From Flavobacteriales bacterium (GTDB lineage Bacteria > Bacteroidota > Bacteroidia > Flavobacteriales_F > PHOS-HE28): a stretch of 64,000 bases of DNA. A program made the position numbers and the translations under genes. The notes beneath the pieces were generated by a model. It did not search any database, was not told the DNA's origin, and saw nothing but the letters and a program-made list of their open reading frames with translations. Location of the stretch: positions 319 to 64,318 of the forward strand of contig JAGNUG010000003.1 of the NCBI GenBank assembly GCA_017987115.1, in the 5' to 3' direction. This document shows, in pieces, positions 1 to 8,520 of the stretch; position 1 is the first letter of the stretch, and each line of letters begins with the position of its first letter.

Positions 1-185
1 TAACGAATGGCATAATAGCTGGCTCTGTGATGGAGATCTACGATGCGCGCGGACAACTGATCATGACCCAACCGGCTTCAGATACCAGAACGGTGATCGA
101 CGTGAGCGACTTGCCTTCAGGAGTCTTTATGGTGCGCTGTGCTCAACGCGATGCGGTTCGTATAGGGCGGTTCATTAAACAATAG
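1..185 (+). CDS. 3' end of a secreted protein: T9SS type A C-terminal sorting domain (5' end lies outside the window)
   Basis: The frame ending at TAG 183-185 reads ...GSVMEIYDARGQLIMTQPASDTRTVIDVSDLPSGVFMVRCAQRDAVRIGRFIKQ*. This has the I-Y-D-x-x-G-[RQ]...L-x-x-G-[VIF]-[FY]...K pattern typical of Por_Secre_tail (TIGR04183) domains. It is absent from the ORF track because no start codon falls inside the window. Confidence 0.7.
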   Translation, partial: TNGIIAGSVMEIYDARGQLIMTQPASDTRTVIDVSDLPSGVFMVRCAQRDAVRIGRFIKQ

Positions 186-202
186 TTCGGTGTGAATGCA
201 AT

Positions 203-236
203 CAAGCGGGCTTGGTCCATGGATCTTGCCCGCTTG
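203..236 (+). terminator. hairpin downstream of the truncated T9SS cargo gene
   Basis: caagcgggc (203-211) pairs with gcccgcttg (228-236), giving a 9-bp GC-rich stem followed by ttcgtt. The loop is long (16 nt), so this is only a moderate call. Confidence 0.4.
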
Positions 237-317
237 TTCGTTCGCTTCGACCAAGAAATCTACCAAATTGGGGTAGGCCGTTCTAGGTTTACTCCTATCT
301 TCGCCGCCCCAATACCT

Positions 318-398
318 ACCCAGGTGGCGGAATGGTAGACGCGCTGGTCTCAAACACCAGTGATGCAAGTCGTGCGGGTTCGAGTCCCGCCCTGGGTA
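318..398 (+). tRNA. tRNA-Leu (anticodon CAA), class II with a long variable arm
   Basis: The cloverleaf was read by eye. The acceptor stem ACCCAGG pairs with CCTGGGT and is followed by discriminator A. The D arm is GGCGGAATGGTAGACGC. The anticodon stem CTGGT/ACCAG carries the loop CTCAAAC (U33, CAA, A37). The variable arm is about 15 nt. The T arm is GCGGG-TTCGAGT-CCCGC. CCA is not encoded, and the first pair is A1:U72 rather than G:C. Confidence 0.85.
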
Positions 399-474
399 CA
401 CTTACCGATCGGTCGATCTGGCACTGATACGACCCGAAGATCGAAAATTGCCGCTCGGCGTATCGATCCAACAC

Positions 475-924
475 ATGCAACAAGACATTCTGGTATACAG
501 CGATCCCAAAAAACAGGAACGCTATGACCGTGCCTATATGAAAATGGCTCTGGAATGGGCCAAATTGAGCCATTGTACACGCAAGCAAGTGGGTGCATTG
601 CTCGTGAAGGACGGGATGATCATCAGCGATGGATACAACGGCACCCCAACCGGTTTTCCCAATGATTGTGAAGATGCACAAGGTGCAACGCATTGGTACG
701 TTCTACATGCCGAAGCCAATGCGATCATGAAAGTGGCCAGAAGCACCAACAATGCTAAAGGAGCAACATTGTACCTCACCCACTCGCCGTGCAAGGATTG
801 TAGCAAATTGATCCTACAGGCCGGGATCGGAAGGCTGGTTTATATGGACGCCTACAAAGATCCAGCTGGGTTGAAGTTGCTCAGTGACGGAGGCTTGGCC
901 ATCACACAAATAACGCTCGGTTGA
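475..924 (+). CDS. deoxycytidylate (dCMP) deaminase, ComEB-like
   Basis: The zinc deaminase motifs HAEANAI and PCKDCSKLILQAGI are present, along with YNGTPTGFPN, which is typical of dCMP deaminases. I prefer the ATG at 475 over the TTG at 448 given in the ORF track. Confidence 0.85.
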   Translation: MQQDILVYSDPKKQERYDRAYMKMALEWAKLSHCTRKQVGALLVKDGMIISDGYNGTPTGFPNDCEDAQGATHWYVLHAEANAIMKVARSTNNAKGATLYLTHSPCKDCSKLILQAGIGRLVYMDAYKDPAGLKLLSDGGLAITQITLG

Positions 925-959
925 TCGCTTCACCTAATTTCGCCAAGACGCTTTGACCC

Positions 960-2576
960 ATGTCCGAACCCCGTAAGTCGTTCTCCGCATATTTCCCTGT
1001 GCTGCTCGCTGTTGCGTTAGTGGCCGGATTATTCATTGGGCGGAATATGGGAAGCAATGCCGGTAGCGGTTTGCAGGTCTTCAATAGAGAAGCATCGCCA
1101 TCTGACAAGGTGGGCCAAGTGATCGATCTCATTGATCGCCAGTATGTGGATACAGTGCAGAAGAATGAGTTGGTGGATGAAGTGCTACAGCACATGCTAC
1201 AGCGTCTTGACCCGCACAGTTACTACATCAGTGCGGCGGAACTGAGCGCTGCACAGGAACCGCTCGAGGGCAGCTTCGATGGTATAGGCGTGGAATTCGC
1301 TATACAACGCGATACGGTCGTTGTGATAAGCCCAGTGGAAGGTGGGCCGAGTGAGGCCCTTGGCATACGCGCCGGTGATCGCATCATCAAAGCAGATAGT
1401 GTGGTCCTCGCAGGTGTGGATGTTACGAACGACATGGTGATGAAGAACCTGCGTGGCCCAAGCGGCAGTGAGGTCACTGTACTTCTGCTCAGGAACGGCC
1501 GCTCCGAACCGTTCGAAGTGGTAATAGAACGTGGTAAGATCCCGATCCATAGTGTGGCAGCAACCTTAATGACCGACGATGGTACCGGATACATCAAGCT
1601 GGTCCGGTTCGCGAAGAACACACATGAAGAATTTCTGACAGCTGCAGAAGATCTTACCAAGCAAGGTATGAAACGGTTGGTCCTTGATCTGCGCGGTAAC
1701 GGCGGTGGTTTCCTCAATTCAGCTATCCTTCTGGCCGATGAGTTCCTACCTGACGGAAATACGATCGTATATACCCAAGGACGCACTTCGCCCCGGCGAG
1801 ACATTACGGCGACCCGGGATGGATCCTTTGAGAAATTGCCACTCGCAGTATTGATCGATGAAGGTTCTGCAAGTGCAAGCGAGATCATTGCCGGAGCGAT
1901 TCAGGACAATGATCGCGGTGCCATTGTTGGTCGCCGGTCGTTCGGAAAAGGATTGGTTCAGGAACACGTTGACCTCCCTGACCACAGTGCTGTGCGCTTA
2001 ACAACAGCGCGGTATTACACACCCAGCGGGCGATCGATCCAAAAACCTTATGGCAAAGGGATCCAGTACGAAGATGATTTTACATCACGCTTCGAACACG
2101 GTGAATTGATCTCGGCGGATAGTATCCACTTGGATTCATCTCGGGCTTTCACTACGCTTGGTGGACGAACGGTTTACGGAGGTGGTGGTGTTATGCCGGA
2201 TCTATTCGTAGCTGCGGACACATCAGAGACCTCGGCGTTCCTTAGTGAACTTTTCTTTAGCGGAACCCTGAACCAATTCGCATTTGATGTGGCCGATCGT
2301 GACCGTAAGAAGCTTTTGGCCTATGGGTCGTCAAAGGCATTCGATTCCCGCTTCAGTGTGGGCTCTTCTTTATTCGATGAGCTCGTAGAATTTGCGAAGA
2401 TGCAAGGAGTAGTGAGCAGCACGAATGATATTGCACGTTCGCGCCAAGCGATCGGTACCCGGCTTAAGGCCAGTATTGCCCGAAACGTGTGGGGCAATGC
2501 AGGATACTACGGTTCATTGTTGGATAGCGATCGGATCTTCCAAGAGGCCGATTCCATGTTGAGGAAAGGCAACTAG
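960..2576 (+). CDS. S41 family C-terminal processing (tail-specific) peptidase with a PDZ domain
   Basis: There is an N-terminal membrane anchor and a PDZ-like segment (GIRAGDRIIKAD). The S41 motifs DLRGNGGG and GSASASEIIAGAIQD...GKG are both present. Confidence 0.85.
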   Translation: MSEPRKSFSAYFPVLLAVALVAGLFIGRNMGSNAGSGLQVFNREASPSDKVGQVIDLIDRQYVDTVQKNELVDEVLQHMLQRLDPHSYYISAAELSAAQEPLEGSFDGIGVEFAIQRDTVVVISPVEGGPSEALGIRAGDRIIKADSVVLAGVDVTNDMVMKNLRGPSGSEVTVLLLRNGRSEPFEVVIERGKIPIHSVAATLMTDDGTGYIKLVRFAKNTHEEFLTAAEDLTKQGMKRLVLDLRGNGGGFLNSAILLADEFLPDGNTIVYTQGRTSPRRDITATRDGSFEKLPLAVLIDEGSASASEIIAGAIQDNDRGAIVGRRSFGKGLVQEHVDLPDHSAVRLTTARYYTPSGRSIQKPYGKGIQYEDDFTSRFEHGELISADSIHLDSSRAFTTLGGRTVYGGGGVMPDLFVAADTSETSAFLSELFFSGTLNQFAFDVADRDRKKLLAYGSSKAFDSRFSVGSSLFDELVEFAKMQGVVSSTNDIARSRQAIGTRLKASIARNVWGNAGYYGSLLDSDRIFQEADSMLRKGN

Positions 2577-2681
2577 TTCGATCTGAACTGACTCAATACT
2601 GGAACACTACAGGTCTTCGACCCCTGATAAACTTTGATAAGCTCCACCGATCCTTTTCAACAGAGTGAACTCACATCAACT

Positions 2682-2708
2682 AAAAAAGGGGCCTCGCGGC
2701 CCCTTTTT
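2682..2708. terminator. bidirectional rho-independent terminator between the convergent S41 peptidase and lipoprotein genes
   Basis: The sequence aaaaaa-ggggcc-tcgc-ggcccc-ttttt forms a perfect 6-bp GC stem flanked by an A-run and a T-run. Confidence 0.7.
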
Positions 2709-2728
2709 CAATTTTCTCAAAGAAAAGC

Positions 2729-3022
2729 TTAGTGCTTAACTTCTTCTTTCGTTGCTTCAACTGCTTCTTCAACTTTCTCGCCAGCTGCTTCAACTGCTTC
2801 ACCAGCTGCATCAACTGCTTCACCAGCTGCGTCAATTGCTCCTTCAGCTGCATTTCCAGCTGCGTCAACTGCATTGGTAGTAGCGTCTACTGCATCAGTA
2901 GCAGTACCTTCAACTGTTGCAGCAGCCTCGTCGGCTTTATTCTGCATTTCTTCTGCGCCGTTGCTTCCGCAAGCGACGAACAATGCTGCCATAGAGGCTA
3001 ACAATGCGAACTTCTTGATCAT
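2729..3022 (-). CDS. small acidic Ala-rich lipoprotein with heptad (21-bp) repeats
   Basis: From the ATG at 3022 the product reads MIKKFALLASMAALFVAC|GSNG..., a lipobox. It continues with ...AVDAAGNAAEGAIDAAGEAVDAAGEAVEAAGEKVEEAVEATKEEVKH. The unit tcaactgcttcaccagctgc recurs with a 21-bp period at 2790 and 2811. The other two overlapping ORFs at this locus are low-complexity shadows. Confidence 0.6.
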   Translation of the reverse strand: MIKKFALLASMAALFVACGSNGAEEMQNKADEAAATVEGTATDAVDATTNAVDAAGNAAEGAIDAAGEAVDAAGEAVEAAGEKVEEAVEATKEEVKH

Positions 3023-3052
3023 TTTTGTGTTTGGTTGGGGTGAAAAGTTGCG

Positions 3053-3081
3053 CAAATGTATGGAACTTTATGATCCCACAA
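3053..3081 (-). promoter_or_regulatory. candidate Bacteroidota-type promoter (-33 TTG, -7 TAcaTTTG) for the Ala-rich lipoprotein gene
   Basis: The minus strand reads aagTTGtgggatcataaagttccaTAcaTTTG, with 18 nt between the two elements. The -7 box ends about 30 nt upstream of the ATG at 3022. Confidence 0.4.
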
Positions 3082-3207
3082 CTTTTATCACTGGGTTTTA
3101 GACGAATATGGCCAAATCACCCATGGATCTGATGTCTGCATTGGAAAACCTACATCGAGCGCAACTGCGTCAATGCTATTCAACTTTTATACCCGGTCGT
3201 GTGAGAC

Positions 3208-3215
3208 TACCTTTG
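3208..3215 (+). promoter_or_regulatory. candidate -7 box (TAccTTTG) for sodA
   Basis: This matches TAnnTTTG and lies 49 nt upstream of the ATG at 3264. At the -33 position there is only a weak TTTT, with no clean TTG. Confidence 0.3.
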
Positions 3216-3263
3216 TACCAGACTCATTTAGGTCCCGAACGGACCATTAAAATATAGACCACA

Positions 3264-3872
3264 ATGGCATTTAAACTTCCTGAACTACCCTATGCTTTCG
3301 ATGCGCTGGAACCCCATATCGACGCACGCACCATGGAAATACACCATGGAAAGCACCATCAAGGTTATGTGAACAATCTGAACAAAGCCGTGGAGGGCAC
3401 TCCGTTGGAAGGCAAGAAAATAGAGGAGATCCTTGCCGGGTTGGACATGAACAATGGTGCAGTAAGGAACAATGGTGGAGGACATTACAACCATAGTCTA
3501 TTCTGGACTGTTATGGGTCCTAAGGCTGGTGGCAGTCCTACTGGTGATCTGGCAACCGCAATTGACAATGACTTCGGATCCTTCGATGCCTTCAAAGAAA
3601 AATTCGCAGCAGCCGGCGCTACCCGTTTCGGAAGCGGATGGGCTTGGCTTTGTGTTCATAAAGGTGGTAAACTGGAAGTATGCAGCACCCCGAACCAGGA
3701 TAACCCGCTTATGCCCAACGTAGGTTGTGGTGGAACTCCTGTGCTTGGGATGGATGTATGGGAACATGCATATTACCTGCACTATCAAAATCGTAGACCC
3801 GACTACATTACCGCCTTTTGGAACGTGGTGAACTGGGATGAGGTTTCCCGTAGATTCGCTGCCAGTAAGTGA
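3264..3872 (+). CDS. sodA: superoxide dismutase, Fe/Mn family (Mn-type signature)
   Basis: The product has [32 protein letters not shown] and [31 protein letters not shown] (Gly rather than Gln) together with the TPNQDNP Gln is the Mn-SOD pattern. Confidence 0.9.
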   Translation: MAFKLPELPYAFDALEPHIDARTMEIHHGKHHQGYVNNLNKAVEGTPLEGKKIEEILAGLDMNNGAVRNNGGGHYNHSLFWTVMGPKAGGSPTGDLATAIDNDFGSFDAFKEKFAAAGATRFGSGWAWLCVHKGGKLEVCSTPNQDNPLMPNVGCGGTPVLGMDVWEHAYYLHYQNRRPDYITAFWNVVNWDEVSRRFAASK

Positions 3873-3893
3873 TCATTACATATCTCGTAGAAC

Positions 3894-3926
3894 GGGCGTT
3901 GTAGTGATCCTACAACGCCCTTTTTT
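3894..3926 (+). terminator. rho-independent terminator of sodA
   Basis: gggcgttgtag-tgatc-ctacaacgccc forms an 11-bp stem and is followed by tttttt. Confidence 0.8.
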
Positions 3927-3940
3927 GTTTGCCAGCTCCC

Positions 3941-4315
3941 ATGTTCCGTTACCTGCTGCTCATGCTCACCTTATCAGTAATTGGCAGATCTGCTTGTGCA
4001 AGTGGTCCGTACAGGGCAATGAACGCCGTGGAACTGAGCGTGATCGATAGTTTGATCGAGCAACACGCCTTAGGTTCCGAGGATGAACCGAAGAAAGAAA
4101 ATGCCCGATTGATCAGCAGTTCACTCGCTGTTCTATTGGGTCCTTTCGGCGCACATCGTCTCTACTTGGGAACTACGACCAAAGTAGCGATCATCTACGG
4201 AATAACTTTTGGAGGTTTCGGTATTCTGGCTGCGATCGACCTGTTCCACTTGCTTTTCACCAAAGACCTGAATGCCTATCGTAATAGCGATAAGGTGTTC
4301 ATGTGGGTGAAATAA
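3941..4315 (+). CDS. TM2 domain-containing membrane protein
   Basis: The product has a signal-like N-terminus (MFRYLLLMLTLSVIG) and LLGPFGAHRLYLGTTTKVAIIYGITFGGFGILAAIDLFHLLF, a two-helix TM2 signature. I use the ATG at 3941 instead of the TTG at 3929, which lies inside the sodA terminator T-run. Confidence 0.7.
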   Translation: MFRYLLLMLTLSVIGRSACASGPYRAMNAVELSVIDSLIEQHALGSEDEPKKENARLISSSLAVLLGPFGAHRLYLGTTTKVAIIYGITFGGFGILAAIDLFHLLFTKDLNAYRNSDKVFMWVK

Positions 4316-4352
4316 TGCGTAGGCAGTAAACAGTGGCAGTAGCCAAAAGCTA

Positions 4353-6194
4353 CTACTCTACCGTAACACTCTTGGCCAAATTCCTAGGTTGATCCACGTT
4401 GCGATCCAACATCACCGCAATGTGGTAGCTGATCAATTGCAAAGGAATAACGCTCAGCAATGGCACCAACGCATCGGGTGTTTCCGGTATCTCGATCACG
4501 TGATCAGCGATTCCCTTTACGACCGTGTCGCCTTCGGTAACGATCGCAATGACCTTGCCCTTGCGCGCTTTTACCTCTTGAATGTTACTTACTACTTTCT
4601 CGTAACTCGCTCCTTTCGTTGCGATCACGAAAACCGGCATGCTGTCATCAATAAGAGCTATCGGCCCATGTTTCATTTCGGCAGCAGGGTATCCTTCCGC
4701 ATGCACGTAGCTGATCTCTTTCAATTTCAACGCACCTTCCAACGCAACCGGGAAACTGGAACCACGACCGAGATAGAGTGCGTTCTTAGCATCCTTATAA
4801 ATATCTGCGATGTACTTGATGTGATCCTCAGTGTCCAACACTTTCTGCACCTTCTCCGGGATGGCGTCCATTTCGTTCATCAACCGATGGAAATGGCTGC
4901 TGCTGATAGTGCCTTTCTTATTGCCGATCATCATCGCCATAAGCGTTAACACCGTAACCTGCGAGGTGAACGCCTTTGTGCTGGCAACACCGATCTCTGG
5001 TCCTGCATGGGTATAGGATCCGGCGTGCGTGATCCGGGCTATGCTACTACCGACCACGTTACAAATACCAATTATGGTAGCACCACGGCTCTTGGCCAAT
5101 TCAATTGCTGCCAATGTATCGGCCGTTTCACCACTTTGGCTGATCGCGATCACGATGTCATTCTCATTAACGATCGGATTGCGATACCGGAACTCACTCG
5201 CGTATTCAACTTCTACGGGAATACGTGCAAGGTCCTCGAACAAATATTCGCCCACCATACCTGCGTGCCAACTGGTGCCACATCCAATGATCAGGATCCG
5301 CTTCGCGTTCACGAATTTGCTTTCATAATCCTTCACACCTCCCAACACGACCTCGCCTTTCGCTAGGTTCAACCGCCCACGCATGCTATCACGGATGCTA
5401 CGTGGTTGCTCATGGATCTCCTTCAACATGAAGTGATCATATCCGCCTTTTTCCAATGTCTCCAAGTGCATTTCCAGCTCTTGGATGAACGGCGTTTTCA
5501 CTTGGTTCTTCACGTTGCGGATCTTCAACCCCTTTTCGCGATCGATCACTGCGATCTCACCATCTTCCAAATAGACCACGTTCTTGGTATGCTCTATGAT
5601 CGGTGTTGCATCACTGGCCACAAAGTGTTCTCCATCACCAATGCCGATCACCAAGGGCGAACTCTTGCGAGCTGCCACCATAAGATCCGGTTGTTTCTTG
5701 TCCAACACTACGATTGCATAAGCGCCAACTACACTGGCAAGTGCCAAGCGCACTGCTTCGGGTAGATCACAATTCTCCGTGCGCTGGATATCATCGATCA
5801 AGTGCACAAGAACTTCCGTATCCGTATCACTAACGAATATGTGTCCACGGGTTTTCAGCTCTTCTTTGATGGACGCGTAGTTCTCTATGATCCCATTGTG
5901 GATCAACACTACATCCCCACTGGTACTCTGGTGCGGGTGTGCATTAATATCATTCGGCGGTCCGTGGGTGGCCCACCTCGTATGCCCAATACCAATGGTC
6001 CCCTTAGCACTTTTACCATTCATGTGCGATTCAAGATCGCTCACCTTACCCTGACACTTATGGACCGAAAGCACACCGCCATCGATCATTGCTACTCCTG
6101 CACTGTCATACCCGCGGTATTCCAATCGACGTAGACCACTGATCAAAATTGGATAGGCTTCCTTGTCACCCAGATATGCTACGATTCCACACAT
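4353..6194 (-). CDS. glmS: glutamine--fructose-6-phosphate aminotransferase (isomerizing)
   Basis: The N-terminus MCGIVAYLG is the Ntn amidotransferase Cys1 signature. There are two SIS domains, and the C-terminus reads ...NVDQPRNLAKSVTVE. The ORF-track start at 6263 is trimmed to the MCGIV ATG at 6194. Confidence 0.95.
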   Translation of the reverse strand: MCGIVAYLGDKEAYPILISGLRRLEYRGYDSAGVAMIDGGVLSVHKCQGKVSDLESHMNGKSAKGTIGIGHTRWATHGPPNDINAHPHQSTSGDVVLIHNGIIENYASIKEELKTRGHIFVSDTDTEVLVHLIDDIQRTENCDLPEAVRLALASVVGAYAIVVLDKKQPDLMVAARKSSPLVIGIGDGEHFVASDATPIIEHTKNVVYLEDGEIAVIDREKGLKIRNVKNQVKTPFIQELEMHLETLEKGGYDHFMLKEIHEQPRSIRDSMRGRLNLAKGEVVLGGVKDYESKFVNAKRILIIGCGTSWHAGMVGEYLFEDLARIPVEVEYASEFRYRNPIVNENDIVIAISQSGETADTLAAIELAKSRGATIIGICNVVGSSIARITHAGSYTHAGPEIGVASTKAFTSQVTVLTLMAMMIGNKKGTISSSHFHRLMNEMDAIPEKVQKVLDTEDHIKYIADIYKDAKNALYLGRGSSFPVALEGALKLKEISYVHAEGYPAAEMKHGPIALIDDSMPVFVIATKGASYEKVVSNIQEVKARKGKVIAIVTEGDTVVKGIADHVIEIPETPDALVPLLSVIPLQLISYHIAVMLDRNVDQPRNLAKSVTVE

Positions 6195-6201
6195 TATTCT
6201 T

Positions 6202-7566
6202 TCAGTATGTGGTAAATGTAAGATGCAATCGCATGCCGTTCTGCTCCTTCGCCGGGCCGGCAAGGATTACACGATTACCGGAAACACCATTACTTCCACT
6301 TACCATTTCGACTCCCGTATTGGGAGTTACTCCGGTGAGAACATCATTGATGTACCGAGTAATATTGAAGCGATAAACGCGATCGGTGGCATTGTACGTT
6401 CCATCGATCGCTATAATACCCCCCAATTGATCCGGTAAGAAGGCATCAGCCCCAAGGCTATCTTTCCTGAACAAGAACAATTGGTTCGGAGGTGGTTGGA
6501 GTCCGTTGTACGTACCTTCTACAGGTGCAACAAGTTCCGCTTTGCTAAGGATCCGCCCTTCACCTGAATAGTTCATCAAATAGGGGAACCGCAAGGCCGT
6601 CCGCAAGCCGCCTAGCGATTGTACAAATGTTTTGTACGCGGGTGCCGATGTATCGGCCAGCGCATTATTAAGTCCAGGATCGATGGTTCGTGAGTAGTCG
6701 TGTTCCGCAACTGTATAGCGCGCAGCATTGGAGTTGATGAGCAGATCAAGGGTGCGTTGAACATCGGGTTCGTTATTCGCATCCTTGTAATAAAGCACCA
6801 CCTTGGAGGCACCGTTGATCAAACTGAAATACAAAAGTCCTTGCCGAAATGGCAACTGTTGACCATTGTTCACGGTAATGTAGAGCCCTTTGAAAAACTC
6901 CTTGAACGAGTCGTTGTCGACCAATGCATCACCACCAAATTCCTGCAGGAATCGTCCAGCCAGGTCATTGCTCAAACGGATCCGCACTTGTGGCAACAGA
7001 CTATCACCAGCGATCTGCGCATAGTTGAACGGGTTCGGGGTCACAGTGCAACCATGTGAGGCGCATAGGTCCTCGGGAAGGAACTCCGGTATATCATCCG
7101 TATGGTAAGAAGAATCCAAACTTAGATCCGTAGTGATCTCATGAACTTCAAAGGTCTGTGCATCCAAATTGCCGTAAGCATAATTTATCCCATCAAATGC
7201 CAAGCTCAACACAATACTATCTGCCTGTAAACCAGTAACATCAACCCCTACTCCAACATTGTTCGTGCTAAGCCGCAGTTGCGTTACGATGCCCGTACGC
7301 ACGAATCCGAATTCCTGATCCAGGTAAGAACCCACCAGATTGCGCGTAAGGCCACTGGTGCGCACAGCTGTATCACGGAACGTGTAAGCGTGTATTGTGG
7401 CGGTATCCTCCAAAAGCCCTAATGCATCACTGGGCAATAAGTCCAGACCAAGGTCCTCATCCGGTTTACGGCAAGCGCCGATCAGGACCACTAGTCCAAA
7501 AAGCAACGCGATCCACTGTGTGGATCGCGTTCTTGAAATTGATGATAATGTTCTCAAAGTGATCAA
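6202..7566 (-). CDS. DUF4270-like lipoprotein
   Basis: The lipobox is LIGAC|RKPDEDLGLDLLP. Size and position (between the glgA-like gene and glmS) match the Bacteroidota DUF4270 family as I remember it. No catalytic motif was recognised. Confidence 0.55.
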   Translation of the reverse strand: MITLRTLSSISRTRSTQWIALLFGLVVLIGACRKPDEDLGLDLLPSDALGLLEDTATIHAYTFRDTAVRTSGLTRNLVGSYLDQEFGFVRTGIVTQLRLSTNNVGVGVDVTGLQADSIVLSLAFDGINYAYGNLDAQTFEVHEITTDLSLDSSYHTDDIPEFLPEDLCASHGCTVTPNPFNYAQIAGDSLLPQVRIRLSNDLAGRFLQEFGGDALVDNDSFKEFFKGLYITVNNGQQLPFRQGLLYFSLINGASKVVLYYKDANNEPDVQRTLDLLINSNAARYTVAEHDYSRTIDPGLNNALADTSAPAYKTFVQSLGGLRTALRFPYLMNYSGEGRILSKAELVAPVEGTYNGLQPPPNQLFLFRKDSLGADAFLPDQLGGIIAIDGTYNATDRVYRFNITRYINDVLTGVTPNTGVEMVSGSNGVSGNRVILAGPAKEQNGMRLHLTFTTY

Positions 7567-7585
7567 TTGATGCTTGGAGCCTTAT

Positions 7586-8410
7586 TTAAACCAGGGCTTC
7601 CTCCAACACCGTGCTGTAGAATTCCGAGTGCGCTGCAACGTGCTCCCCGTCCTTGATGAAATTTAGGACCGGCACGCCACTGCTCTTGATCGCGGTTTCC
7701 ATACCCTTGCTCAATTTGGCGGATCCTTTGACCACGGCATCGCACATGCCCAGAGAGAACTTGGTGAGGTCGTCCGTCGTCGTCTTCGCAAGCCCTTTTA
7801 GCAGACCCTTGTCAAATCCTTCCATTTCCAATTTCTTGGCCATGTTCTTATCCAACGCTTCTGTAGGCTGATCATAGATGCTCATGACCAATTTCGTGTT
7901 CTCAAAGTGTGGGTCATCGGCGAAATGATGGCGTACATACAACGGCACGAAACCGGTCATCCAACCATGCAGGTGGATGATATCCGGTACCCAACCCAGT
8001 TTACGAACGGTCTCCAACACACCTCTACCGAAGAACAACGCACGTTCGTCATTGTCCTTGTAGAATGTTCCATCCTTACTATGAGCTTCAGCCTTGCGCT
8101 TGAAATACTCATCGTTATCAATGAAATAGACCTGCATCCGTGCACTGGGCACACTCGCGACCTTGATCAACAAGGCATGGTCCGTATCGTTAATGATCAA
8201 ATTCATTCCGCTTAAGCGAATGACCTCATGCAATTGGTGGCGGCGTTCATTGATACAGCCCCATTTGGGCATGAACACCCTGATCTCATTTCCACTTTCC
8301 AAGATGCCTTGTGGCATATGGCGGGCTACCTTCGCCATATCCTCAGGACCATCCATGAAAGGTTGGATCGATTGGGCTATGGTGAGGACCTTTACGTTCT
8401 TTATACTCAT
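7586..8410 (-). CDS. glycogen/starch-synthase-like protein, GT5 N-terminal half only (274 aa)
   Basis: From the ATG at 8410 the product reads MSIKNVKVLTIAQSIQPF...IRVFMPKWG...YFIDNDEYF...PDIIHLHGWMTG, resembling the N-terminal Rossmann half of GlgA. There is no KTGGL motif and no C-terminal GT1 half. Confidence 0.7.
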   Translation of the reverse strand: MSIKNVKVLTIAQSIQPFMDGPEDMAKVARHMPQGILESGNEIRVFMPKWGCINERRHQLHEVIRLSGMNLIINDTDHALLIKVASVPSARMQVYFIDNDEYFKRKAEAHSKDGTFYKDNDERALFFGRGVLETVRKLGWVPDIIHLHGWMTGFVPLYVRHHFADDPHFENTKLVMSIYDQPTEALDKNMAKKLEMEGFDKGLLKGLAKTTTDDLTKFSLGMCDAVVKGSAKLSKGMETAIKSSGVPVLNFIKDGEHVAAHSEFYSTVLEEALV

Positions 8411-8520
8411 GTGTTCAGGGGGGGAATTCGGGGTACAAAAATATAGCTTTTTTCGCGGAACATCAACTTTGCCCGGTAGCTTAGCCCCCCATTCGTGCCT
8501 AATAACCTGACCATTAGCCC

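Noticed and set aside
117-693. Minus-strand ORFs of 94, 125 and 82 aa (117-401, 316-693, 350-598).
   Set aside because: They run antisense through the tRNA-Leu gene and the dCMP deaminase gene. They have no recognisable motifs and are best explained as shadow ORFs.
186-960. tRNA-Leu as an integration hotspot, or the edge of a genomic island or prophage.
   Set aside because: There is no integrase, no phage or transposase genes, and no duplicated tRNA 3' end that I could spot. The flanking genes (dCMP deaminase, S41 peptidase) are ordinary core genes.
2680-3101. Three additional overlapping ORFs at the Ala-rich locus (2680-2874 minus, 2732-3001 plus, 2874-3101 plus).
   Set aside because: Low-complexity GCN-rich DNA keeps several frames open. 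Only the 2729-3022 minus frame has a lipoprotein signal peptide, a promoter match and a terminator.
6195-6263. 5' extensions given by the ORF track for several genes: glmS (to 6263), the glgA-like gene (to 8539), the aminotransferase (to 39652), polA (to 43905), the Trx-like cargo (to 49882), the MORN protein (to 53725), the TIMP-like protein (to 60874) and aspS (from 61332).
   Set aside because: In each case an internal ATG yields the canonical family N-terminus (for example MCGIVAY or [11 protein letters not shown]) or a proper signal peptide. It also removes overlaps with neighbouring genes.
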